From the IMG/VR virus record IMGVR_UViG_3300021511_000252, positions 1 through 64,000 of that record: DNA of 64,000 nucleotides; one strand, written 5' to 3'. Under the pieces are notes generated by a model. That model made no database searches and was not told the origin of the DNA. It saw nothing but the letters and a program-made list of their open reading frames with translations. Positions within the stretch are counted from its first letter, which is position 1. Every line of letters begins with the position of its first letter. The position numbers and the translations under genes are program-made. Shown here in pieces: positions 53,101 through 61,025 of this stretch. The stretch comes from a virus (lineage: Duplodnaviria; Caudoviricetes).

Positions 53101-53479
53101 AATAGAACCCCTTTGTCCACGCAAAATTATTCAAAGCGATTAAATTCTGAAATCCCGCCTTATTTTTAGCCAAAAGAAGAATATGATTAGCAGTCCTATA
53201 TTTTTCTAATTCCCCTTTCTTCAAGTCTTTTTTCTTTCTATCATCTTGCATCTTCTTAACACTTTGAACAAAGTATGCTTCAAGGCCCATTATAGGAGAT
53301 ACATTGAACTTGGAAGATTCTATGGTTGCTTCAGCTAAAGCCCCTAAATTTCCATGGTCTGTTATGGCAAGATGAGTCATCTCCAATTCATCACATCTTT
53401 CAAAGTAAGAAGAGGGGGAAGGAATCCCATCTAATAATGAAAACATTGTATGAACATGAAGCGAAGGGAAACTCTTCAT
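50168..53479 (-). CDS. dnaE: DNA polymerase III alpha subunit
   Basis: PHP LHVHTMFSLLDG and TDHG; RGSANGSL; DVDID; HPAGVV; LDILG; GVFQF. Confidence 0.98.
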   Translation of the reverse strand: MKSFPSLHVHTMFSLLDGIPSPSSYFERCDELEMTHLAITDHGNLGALAEATIESSKFNVSPIMGLEAYFVQSVKKMQDDRKKKDLKKGELEKYRTANHILLLAKNKAGFQNLIALNNFAWTKGFYYNARLDFSELFKHKEGIVCTSACTKGIIPELLLNKKPKTALKVAKRMKEEFGENFYLELQLVDYSDQDVVNKHLIQLGKKLNIPFVVTNDVHFVHKGEHSVQRLVMEMATKGGFAYDAPENYLKSLKEWEDIRDQRRSIPKKIFRSAIDNCLKIAEECTYQIPTGNLYFPTYDHTTHFLYKKFPIGNKDKFFKEMLLYRAKKILSKKQFENSIYRKRIIYEYKTLVSLGAVDYFLICDDLLNYVRNEGAFSLIRGSANGSLIAFIFGFGLIDPIKHSIMFERFISKYRSLNDVDIDIDVRSEFRSKAISYLREKYGEDRVVSVGTYNRMQLKGAIKDVTRVLKDRLEVERKDALLEEDKKEANRIFNLQKGYQFGIINKITSGMEDGLSLESAREKYEFFDEWCNGNSRAVDTFISPLVGNVRNSSLHPAGVVLTPGKVDELLPIRTQVNPAKKSERIISTVWENSHTSREDLNEIGVMVLDILGVRTLSVVSEVIDLVKKTKGEEINLYELDLEDEATFNKFNEGEVFGVFQFSGGSAKKIVDMVNITEFNDLIVINALARPGALSANADKSFSKRKKDPSLVKYDHHSLKNILNDSLGVLVFSEHILRTASEFAGMHPKKADALRKIIKGKNPKVFKSYKKKFIEGAMKKWSGEEDIEEVAEQIWKKFSQAGSYLFPRGHASSYALLGYICQYLKVHYPVEFFACHLRYLPHDKISNAKMIAESHYGIKFNLPNINHPKAIFEPCRTRIEWPITAIKHLGEKASATIIENAPYDSIEDFYNRINRRACNSRIVESLAIAGVFKEFGKAKDVLLEYRAIKGKKELEKEMPLAFSSKENFLLARENLYGFETYPLESLYKDQIEEYKPFTSLKEFERLRQNGPLRTYGKVTKKIFRKTVRDTLMCYIHIKNKDGEQKVILFPESLELIEENLEFDVGSMIIVSGKKNVWNKESSIAVSADRRRKNKVLEPGHWIVVL

Positions 53480-53480
53480 C

Positions 53481-54641
53481 CTAATGCCTCCTTATGTAAT
53501 CTTCAATTTTTTCAATTGAAAAAGATGAAAGCGATTTTCCTTCAAACCTACTTCTTGTAAGACTTAAAGCTTTTGCCAGATTACCCCCTGGTCTAGAAAG
53601 GAATTCTATGGCAGAAACAAAAATATCATCAGCCTTAACGTAAATTAAAAATTCCATCGCTTCAGAAAGATTATTATTTTTATAATGATAAAAACTTTTG
53701 GCAAGAATAAGTCCATCTTGTAAATAATTAAAAGAAGGAACAATCGCAGAATTATCAAACTTTCCTTTTCTTATATCTTCTTCTATCTGAAAAAATAATT
53801 TCAGTTCAAAATCTAAATGTTGGACTCTATCTTCTTTAGGAAGATCCATTTCGAAAGGCAACGGCCTTACATGCTCATAAACATTGAAAGAATATTTTGC
53901 ACCAAGAACACTTTTAGTTATATCTCCCTGGAAATCATAAGCGTGGAGACTGTTAATCATATGGATTTGCCTTCCTATCGGAATTTCTAATAACATTGCC
54001 ATCGTTTCAAGAATTACAGAAAATTGGACAACATTTGTATTACAAAGACCGTATGTTATATCATTAGATCTATTAAAAATAGTAAGATCTAACTTCCCTT
54101 CCCTAATTAAAAACTGAAACGCTATGTTACAAGGACGGTCATTAGTTTCAATTTCAAAATGATCTAAAAAAGGATTCCAATAGATCATAACTGCTTGCCG
54201 AGTGGAAGAATCTTTTAGAAGAGCATTATAACAATCTTCGAACTGATCTCTTAATTGAATCTTCGGAGTTCTTAAAGAAAAAGTTCTATGACTTCCCCAC
54301 TCTCTCATTCGAACTCCATAAGGAGCATGGAACTCCTTTTGTTCGTCTGCATATTTTTTCATATTCCCAAGATAATATTCTATAAATTCAAGATCTCCTC
54401 TTCCTCCTAAAATATATTCACTTTCTTGCATTTGAAAAAAAGGATGAATCATTCTTCCCGGACAAGTTAAAAATCTTTCCCTTGGCTTATTGATAATCAC
54501 CATAGCAGGACGAACTTCTTTAGTCGATAATCCTCTCGGAGAAATTTCCATTCCTCTTTCAATTATTCCATCCAAGGTATCTTTGTAAAAATCATTTACT
54601 CCGTCACCTTCAACAACAAAAAATCTAGAATCTTCTATCAT
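53481..54641 (-). CDS. thymidylate-synthase-superfamily enzyme, probably dUMP hydroxymethylase
   Basis: APYGVR, TRQAV, DRPCN, RSNDITYGLCNTNVVQF, SLHAY; 386 aa with C-terminal extension. Confidence 0.85.
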   Translation of the reverse strand: MIEDSRFFVVEGDGVNDFYKDTLDGIIERGMEISPRGLSTKEVRPAMVIINKPRERFLTCPGRMIHPFFQMQESEYILGGRGDLEFIEYYLGNMKKYADEQKEFHAPYGVRMREWGSHRTFSLRTPKIQLRDQFEDCYNALLKDSSTRQAVMIYWNPFLDHFEIETNDRPCNIAFQFLIREGKLDLTIFNRSNDITYGLCNTNVVQFSVILETMAMLLEIPIGRQIHMINSLHAYDFQGDITKSVLGAKYSFNVYEHVRPLPFEMDLPKEDRVQHLDFELKLFFQIEEDIRKGKFDNSAIVPSFNYLQDGLILAKSFYHYKNNNLSEAMEFLIYVKADDIFVSAIEFLSRPGGNLAKALSLTRSRFEGKSLSSFSIEKIEDYIRRH

Positions 54642-54657
54642 GATTACAACCCCAAAT

Positions 54658-54891
54658 CTAGAGAGTTTTTATTCCGCCATCTTCATTCTTTATCTTAACA
54701 ATAACTCTTCTGTTAGGCCCAGATTTAATAAAAGATTTTTCTCTCCCTTTATCAATTCCTAAAAGGGAATCAATAAACCCTTTGTAATCTGTAACAGCTA
54801 AAGTAATTTCAATCATATCTGGACCTACAACTTCTTCAACACAAACATGAGGTGAATTGAATTTCAAATGTAATCCTTTATTCTCTTCCAT
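54658..54891 (-). CDS. hypothetical protein
   Basis: GGAGG RBS; 77 aa. Confidence 0.7.
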   Translation of the reverse strand: MEENKGLHLKFNSPHVCVEEVVGPDMIEITLAVTDYKGFIDSLLGIDKGREKSFIKSGPNRRVIVKIKNEDGGIKTL

Positions 54892-55210
54892 CTCCCTCCT
54901 CCTCCTTTTCTTTTTTAAAGTCTATATCTCCAAAAGTATTAAACAGAAAATTTAACCCAAAATATCTAGATACAAAGAAAAAAACCAAAGAGAAAAGAAA
55001 AAATAAAGAACTCATCCCCATTCTTCCTCTACCAAAAAAGAAAATTGCCACACCGAGAAACGCCCCTCCAACAAAGGATAAGAATAAACTCTTATCAATA
55101 GAATTATAAATTGCACTCCTCAAATTTTCTTCAGGAAATACTGAATCTTCATTATCCATTTCATTTCCTCTTTTTACAAGTAAATACCTAAATCCAACAG
55201 GCAATAGCAT
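54878..55210 (-). CDS. two-TM membrane protein
   Basis: Hydrophobic segments LFLSFVGGAFLGVAIFFF and SSLFFLFSLVFFFVS. Confidence 0.7.
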   Translation of the reverse strand: MLLPVGFRYLLVKRGNEMDNEDSVFPEENLRSAIYNSIDKSLFLSFVGGAFLGVAIFFFGRGRMGMSSLFFLFSLVFFFVSRYFGLNFLFNTFGDIDFKKEKEEEGDGRE

Positions 55211-55218
55211 ATATATAA

Positions 55219-55821
55219 CTATACTGCTTTTTGTATAGAGACTTCTTTACTAAATTCATTCTTTAAAAGAACAATTAAACCAAGAGCTGACCATTCATAC
55301 TTTCTCTTAGGATGTTCAACCAAATGCTTAATTGGATACCCTAATACTTTTAAAGACCTCATTCTTGATCTTGTAGTTAAGGGAAGAGCACACATCCCTT
55401 CTCTTCCTTTAACTATTGGAGTAGGGCAATCTTGACAAGAATGCTCTACAAAAAAAGCAAGAGCTTCATGATAGCCCTGTCTTACAAATTGTAACCTAAG
55501 AGAATATAATTCTTTTTGGAATTTAACTAACTGATAAGAAACGAGATTCTTCCCCGGATGAGAAAAGATATGGTCGGATAATCTTATTCCTCGATACACG
55601 GTTTTTTTAGCTTTATACTCACACCAGGGACAAAGAAGGCCATTGACTTTCTCCCTAAATGGCTTCTCAAATAAGATAGCTTCTCTTCCTGCAATTATAT
55701 CTACAAACTGTTTAAAAGTTATTCCCATAGAGTCAAAATCATACAAGAAACAAGCTTGAGGCTTTTTAATCTTAGGTGTCCACCGCTTAACCTTAACAAA
55801 ATCCACGATCTCTGGGAGCAT
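55219..55821 (-). CDS. DUF2284-like metal-binding protein, divergent copy
   Basis: CPWC and HSCQDCP...C..P motifs; SLKVLGY resembles the DUF2284 tail. Confidence 0.55.
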   Translation of the reverse strand: MLPEIVDFVKVKRWTPKIKKPQACFLYDFDSMGITFKQFVDIIAGREAILFEKPFREKVNGLLCPWCEYKAKKTVYRGIRLSDHIFSHPGKNLVSYQLVKFQKELYSLRLQFVRQGYHEALAFFVEHSCQDCPTPIVKGREGMCALPLTTRSRMRSLKVLGYPIKHLVEHPKRKYEWSALGLIVLLKNEFSKEVSIQKAV

Positions 55822-55822
55822 A

Positions 55823-56455
55823 TTATCTTTCCTTCTTAATTGCCATAAGAGTTACTTGGGTAAGATAAGACATTACCGGATATTCATATTCCACGCCTAA
55901 CTTTTCCAGAAGAGAATAAACATTTATTCCTGTAGCTTCTAAAGAAGTTAAACCATGCCTTTTACAAGGAGGATGTTCCCTCTGGGGACATTTTCTTTTA
56001 CATAAATCGCAATGCCCTTGAATATATGTTTCCGCTTTAAATCCTTGCCTTCGATTAATTTTTCTTATCTTATACATTAGAAATGTAAGATATCTCGCAC
56101 TTACACTTTCTATGCCCTTTAGCTGTCTTCCGCTTGTAACTTTTCTCAGCCTAAAATGGGCATATTCTTCTTGCTCTCTCTTGTACCAGAACCTTTTAGT
56201 CCCATCATTCCTAAAAATATAAACATAAATTTCATCAAAAGAATTAAAATATTCTATAGAAGAATCTATTGTTCTATACTGAGGATAAGTCTGATACAAT
56301 AACGGAGGACATAATATTCCTCTATTATATAAACCACAATTCTGACACAATACTCTAGCATAAGCAGTTATAGGAAGATCTTTAGGGGAAATTTTAAAAA
56401 TCTTATAAATAAACTGAGGAAAGTTTTTTTCTTTTACATATTTTACTTTTGGCAT
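55823..56455 (-). CDS. DUF2284-like metal-binding protein
   Basis: CQNCGLYNRGILCPP, GHCDLCKRKC, PPCK, SLEATGINV. Confidence 0.85.
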   Translation of the reverse strand: MPKVKYVKEKNFPQFIYKIFKISPKDLPITAYARVLCQNCGLYNRGILCPPLLYQTYPQYRTIDSSIEYFNSFDEIYVYIFRNDGTKRFWYKREQEEYAHFRLRKVTSGRQLKGIESVSARYLTFLMYKIRKINRRQGFKAETYIQGHCDLCKRKCPQREHPPCKRHGLTSLEATGINVYSLLEKLGVEYEYPVMSYLTQVTLMAIKKER

Positions 56456-56463
56456 TTCTACCT

Positions 56464-57801
56464 CTAAAAAATTTTCTTTCTGAAGAATTTAATTCCCTCG
56501 TTAGAAGCCTTTTTTAACTCGGGACTTAACTTTCCCCTTACTCGCTTGTTAAAAAGGCCACAAGCTTTACCATTTGCAAGATCAATAAAATCTTGAGCAA
56601 TTTTTTTCCTGTCGAACATATACATCAAGTTATAATTATTAGAAATTATAGCTTCAGCTTCGTCTTTAGATAACGAACTCCCATATTCTACAATTTTCCC
56701 ATACTCTTTCGGAATAGCATCATATGGAATCATTATATAATTTTCGTTAGGCTTAAATACTTGACCTACTCCGCTAGAATCGTTTGACATCCCAAGGTTA
56801 ATAGCAATAGGAATGGTTCCTCTCTTTATTGCGTCTACTATCACTCTATTAAAATGACTTCCATATTTATTATACCTTCTAGACCAAGAAGAATCTACTA
56901 AAGTTCGAACTTGACTAAGGATTACATCTCTCTTAAATGGAGAAATGAATCCAAGATAATCCATTCCATAATGTAAGGCTCTATCCCAAATTCTAGTATT
57001 GGAAGTTTCTAAGAATTCTGGAAGATCAGGATCTTCTGCTTCTCTGCAATAGTATTTATCTTTTACTTTATCTTTCGAGACCATATATCTCTGCTCTATG
57101 CCGCCTCCCGCAACAAACTTTTTTATATGATCTCCCATGTATGGAATTGCCCTAATTAAATTGTCAACATGTTTCCAAGATTTAAAGACTTGAAGAGAAA
57201 GAAAGCCAGGAGATCTTTTATCATAATCATAAACCTCTTCTATTCCAGAAAGATCTTGAGGGTTGAGAATTAATGCTCTAGGAACATCTAGATTCCTACC
57301 GAGATTGAAGGCGCATTCATGGACACAGGCTATTCCATCAAAATACTTACGAATTCCTGCAATCCAAGGAATATTAAATAAATTACCATCATGCAAAATA
57401 GCTATAGATTTTTGACAAGCTGAATATAGATACAGCCAATCAGAATTTCCTTGATTTGCTTTGGATTTAGAAGGAACAGGAACTTCCCAAATTACAAGAT
57501 CGTATTTAGAAAGAGTATCTTTTGTCTTTTTTAAATTCTCCTCTCCCTTATACGAAAGCTTATGTTTCCAAGGAACAGCATTCCACCCTGCCTGTTGATT
57601 AACTACACAAAAAGCTCCATTGACCCATCCTCTTCTGAGAAGCTCTCTATCTTGGTAAGGTCGCCTGAAAAAATCCTGATAATAAAGAATATGAAAATTA
57701 ACCTGATGCCCTAACTCTCTTAATCCAAAAGCTAATTCTTCAACATGGTTAATTATCCCCCCTAAATCTGAAATTGGATATATTACAAGAGCAACTTTCA
57801 T
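56464..57801 (-). CDS. GT-B glycosyltransferase (GT4-like / phage DNA glucosyltransferase-like)
   Basis: MKVAL...GGIINHVEELAFGLRELGHQV, WKHVDNLIRA, FNRVIVDAIKRG; start revised to 57801. Confidence 0.85.
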   Translation of the reverse strand: MKVALVIYPISDLGGIINHVEELAFGLRELGHQVNFHILYYQDFFRRPYQDRELLRRGWVNGAFCVVNQQAGWNAVPWKHKLSYKGEENLKKTKDTLSKYDLVIWEVPVPSKSKANQGNSDWLYLYSACQKSIAILHDGNLFNIPWIAGIRKYFDGIACVHECAFNLGRNLDVPRALILNPQDLSGIEEVYDYDKRSPGFLSLQVFKSWKHVDNLIRAIPYMGDHIKKFVAGGGIEQRYMVSKDKVKDKYYCREAEDPDLPEFLETSNTRIWDRALHYGMDYLGFISPFKRDVILSQVRTLVDSSWSRRYNKYGSHFNRVIVDAIKRGTIPIAINLGMSNDSSGVGQVFKPNENYIMIPYDAIPKEYGKIVEYGSSLSKDEAEAIISNNYNLMYMFDRKKIAQDFIDLANGKACGLFNKRVRGKLSPELKKASNEGIKFFRKKIF

Positions 57802-57823
57802 AATTCTTTCTCCATTAGTTTTT

Positions 57824-58765
57824 TTATTTACATTGCCCTTCAACACAAAATGCATCTGCATAATTTGGATTAAGATGAACAATTACTGGCAAAACAATAT
57901 CCTTATGAGCTTTTTTTATCATTCTTTGATAAATTTTCCAATCTTCCTCGGACATCCTCTTCTTTAGAACTTTTTCTGTAGTTACCCACCCATACGTTCT
58001 AGTTACACTAAAGCCTATATTCTTAAGAATTTTAACTAATTCTTCAGGATTATACTCGTACACATGAAAATCATACCCTTTAGAATTTCTCCTAACTGGA
58101 GTCGAGATGAAATATTTTCCTCTTTTACGAAGAACTCTATGCATTTCTTTCAAAAGAAGAATAGCATATTTTTCTTCAAAATGTTCTAAAGTTTCACCAA
58201 GAAAAATGCAATCAACAGAATTAGATTTAACGAAATTTAAAGGAAAAGTTATATCATGTTGAATAAACATAACAGGGGTTCTAGATGCCCCTACAGCTTC
58301 AAATCCTTGAGTAAGGCGCTCATCATCTATATCTACCCCCACATAAAGAGGGTTTTTATAATAAAAAGACCCACTCATAATCTTTCTAATTTCTCCTACA
58401 TCACAGCCTAGATCCAACACCCTAGCTCTTCTTTTCTTGAAGACAGGAACTCGGGCTGACCATTCATAATGTCTATTAAGCCAACTTAATCTTCTAGAAT
58501 ATCGAACCATACCTCGGCCAATCTCCTCCAGCATAAAGGCAGTTCCACAATTTTCTATTCCGGAATTATGAAGATTTTCCTTTAGCTTTTTCGCTAAAAA
58601 TAAAAAAGCCTTACTTTTTACAGCAGGCTTTCTTTTTGATCTTCGAAGAACACTTAAATCAATAAAAGAACCAAAGGCGGTTTCTATTTCAGAAGATACT
58701 TTCTCAACTTCCATCTTTTTCTCCAAAAACATAGAGACTAGATAAATTCTAGCCTCTATGTTCAT
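57824..58765 (-). CDS. class I SAM-dependent methyltransferase
   Basis: VLDLGCDVG, GVDID, ETLEHF, EMHRVLRKRG, ISTP, HVYEY. Confidence 0.92.
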   Translation of the reverse strand: MNIEARIYLVSMFLEKKMEVEKVSSEIETAFGSFIDLSVLRRSKRKPAVKSKAFLFLAKKLKENLHNSGIENCGTAFMLEEIGRGMVRYSRRLSWLNRHYEWSARVPVFKKRRARVLDLGCDVGEIRKIMSGSFYYKNPLYVGVDIDDERLTQGFEAVGASRTPVMFIQHDITFPLNFVKSNSVDCIFLGETLEHFEEKYAILLLKEMHRVLRKRGKYFISTPVRRNSKGYDFHVYEYNPEELVKILKNIGFSVTRTYGWVTTEKVLKKRMSEEDWKIYQRMIKKAHKDIVLPVIVHLNPNYADAFCVEGQCK

Positions 58766-58794
58766 TTTATAATTTTAAAATTTATCTTAAATTT

Positions 58795-59706
58795 CTATTT
58801 TTTCTTTTTCTTCCCTCCCTTTTTTCCTTTAGCTTTCTTCTTAGACTTCTTCTTAGGTTCTTTCTCTTCAACTTTCTTCTTAGATTTCTTCTTAGGTTCT
58901 TTCTCCTCAACTTTCTTCTTGGACTTCTTCTTAGGTTCTTTCTCTTCAACTTTCTTCTTGGACTTCTTCTTTGCTCCAACTACGTTCTTAGCAAACCATT
59001 CACTATACTGTTCAACAATTTTAAGCCCATCGTCTATAGCTGTTTTAGAAACGGCAACCTTGACCGCCTTATAAGGCTTTGTCCAGTAATCACACATCTT
59101 TTTAAGACTTTTACCTTTAGGCTGGAAAAACTTTTCATCATCAATTACCGACTTATTAAGCCAAAGATAAATTTCTCCTTCTTTAGCTTGCTTAACAATG
59201 CTGCAAAAATTAGGCCCATCTTTTCCAAGAGTAACAATCGTAATTGATTTTTTATGAACTACCTTTCCAAATTCCTCAAGGCCCTTCAGAAAAGGCTTAA
59301 AAGAAATAGGGACTACAGTCTGTTCTCCCCCAACTTTAAGTCGGTCTACTTTAGGCCCACCGCCACCGCCACCTCTGTTTGATTTCTTAGGCTTAATCTT
59401 CTTTCCAGGAAATCGAGCTTTTTCCGGAGGAAGCTCTTCTTCCTCTTCTTCCTCTTCTTCCTCTTCCTCTTCTTCTTCCTCCTCTTCTTCTTCTTCTTCT
59501 TCCTCCTCCTCTTCTTCTTCTTCCTCTTCCTCTTCCTCTTCTTCCTCCTCCTCTTCTTCTTCTTCCTCTTCCTCTTCCTCTTCTTCTTCCTCCTCTTCCT
59601 CCTCTTCTTCTTCTTCTTCAAGTTCGTCTTCTAAATCTTCCTCCTCATCTTCCAATTCTTCATCTTCAAAATCCATGTCCTCAAATTCATCCTTGTCTTT
59701 TGCCAT
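58795..59706 (-). CDS. charge-segregated protein: poly-Glu, globular core, Lys-rich repeats
   Basis: GGAGG RBS; 62 consecutive Glu codons (59434-59619); KKSKKKVEEKEP three times. Confidence 0.85.
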   Translation of the reverse strand: MAKDKDEFEDMDFEDEELEDEEEDLEDELEEEEEEEEEEEEEEEEEEEEEEEEEEEEEEEEEEEEEEEEEEEEEEEEEEEEEEEEEEEEEELPPEKARFPGKKIKPKKSNRGGGGGGPKVDRLKVGGEQTVVPISFKPFLKGLEEFGKVVHKKSITIVTLGKDGPNFCSIVKQAKEGEIYLWLNKSVIDDEKFFQPKGKSLKKMCDYWTKPYKAVKVAVSKTAIDDGLKIVEQYSEWFAKNVVGAKKKSKKKVEEKEPKKKSKKKVEEKEPKKKSKKKVEEKEPKKKSKKKAKGKKGGKKKKK

Positions 59707-59795
59707 TTTTGTTCTCCTCCGTAATTAAAGTTTTTAGACAAACATACAGGTTTTTACCTCATGTTACATTATACACCGTTCAAAATTAACGACTT

Positions 59796-60776
59796 CTAAA
59801 ATAAATAAATCTTGCTTTTTTTTATAGAATCTTTTATTTTTTTTACAGATGACTCATCAGGGTCTTTCCCATTAGGGAGAATACATACTCTAACTTCCTT
59901 ATCGATACAAACCTTTGAAAGGAGATTATGAATTTTCTTAAGATTTTTTATGGGGACAGACCCATCCAACATAAGGAAAATTCTCTCAGCTTCAGTCCGG
60001 GATAAAAGGTGGACTTGCCTATTGCTAACAGAGCTCCCTAAAAGACCCACGGCGGAAAGATTAAGTGCTCTCATCTTTAACACATCCCATATCCCTTCTA
60101 CAACAAAAATATTCTTTTTATAAATTACGTCATTATACCCATATAACACCTCCGACATAAAAGATTTCTTAGGAAAGAGTGATTTTCTATACTTTCCCCC
60201 TTTTTCTTCTGCCAATTCTTTAGCTTCCCTAAAGGCTTTTTTACTTAAAGCTGTAACCGCAGTAAAAGTCTCAGTTCTTAAAGTTTTAATTGGGAAAACT
60301 ATTCTATTAAAATATTTTCCCCCCTGATTACAAATTAAAGCTCCTGTCTGAACAGCAAGCTCATAACTTACCTTCCTTTCCTTAAACACTTTAGGAAATC
60401 TTTCTCTTGTTATCTTCTTTAACCCCATAGGAAGGGGATTCTTAAAATATACCTCTTGAAAATCTAAGCTCTGAGAGCCTAACCGTACCTCTTCTAATAG
60501 CCCCCTAACCTTACCCCTTAACCCGTCCGGCGAAGTGTCCCTCCCCCGCTTACAGAGCTCCAGAGCGACATCAACATTAATATCAAAGACCGCCATTAAA
60601 AAGGCAACAGCATTACACGCCCATTTACATCTATGACAAATTCCAAGATTCTTTTTGACGTTATAATAAAAATGATCTTCTTTATCACACGAAGGACAAG
60701 TCATCAAAATTTCTTTATCGTTAATCACGCGATATGAAATTGCCTTATCTTTCAATATGTCTTTAATATCAAACAT
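59796..60776 (-). CDS. dnaG: DNA primase (zinc finger plus TOPRIM)
   Basis: CPSC...CHRC, RIVFPI, VVEGIWD, MLDG, KDPDE. Confidence 0.93.
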   Translation of the reverse strand: MFDIKDILKDKAISYRVINDKEILMTCPSCDKEDHFYYNVKKNLGICHRCKWACNAVAFLMAVFDINVDVALELCKRGRDTSPDGLRGKVRGLLEEVRLGSQSLDFQEVYFKNPLPMGLKKITRERFPKVFKERKVSYELAVQTGALICNQGGKYFNRIVFPIKTLRTETFTAVTALSKKAFREAKELAEEKGGKYRKSLFPKKSFMSEVLYGYNDVIYKKNIFVVEGIWDVLKMRALNLSAVGLLGSSVSNRQVHLLSRTEAERIFLMLDGSVPIKNLKKIHNLLSKVCIDKEVRVCILPNGKDPDESSVKKIKDSIKKSKIYLF

Positions 60777-61025
60777 CAGAGTGGAAGAGTATCACCATTA
60801 TATATATTCTAAGGGGAATTTTATTTTTTCTTCTCTGCAAACTTTCTTATTAGTCAGCTTCTTTCTTGGTCTATGCACAACAAATTGATTAAGAATAGAA
60901 TCAAATTTTATAGAGACAACTCTGGACTCTCCCAAATCACCCTTTTTCTCCAATAAGATATTCAAAAATCTCCCTTAAAACATCTTCACCAATCAATGCC
61001 ACGGATTCATATTCTCTAGACATCT

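Noticed and set aside
58782-59621. Arg/Lys-rich ORFs 58782-58979 and 59346-59621
   Set aside because: Frame shadows of the poly-Glu tract and Lys repeats of the 58795-59706 gene
60796-61023. Programmed frameshift joining a 28-aa ORF to a downstream 55-aa frame at GAA-AAA-GGG-TGA
   Set aside because: The -1 frame closes quickly, and the +1 frame has its own AAGGGAG RBS and TTG start, so two small genes or noise is simpler
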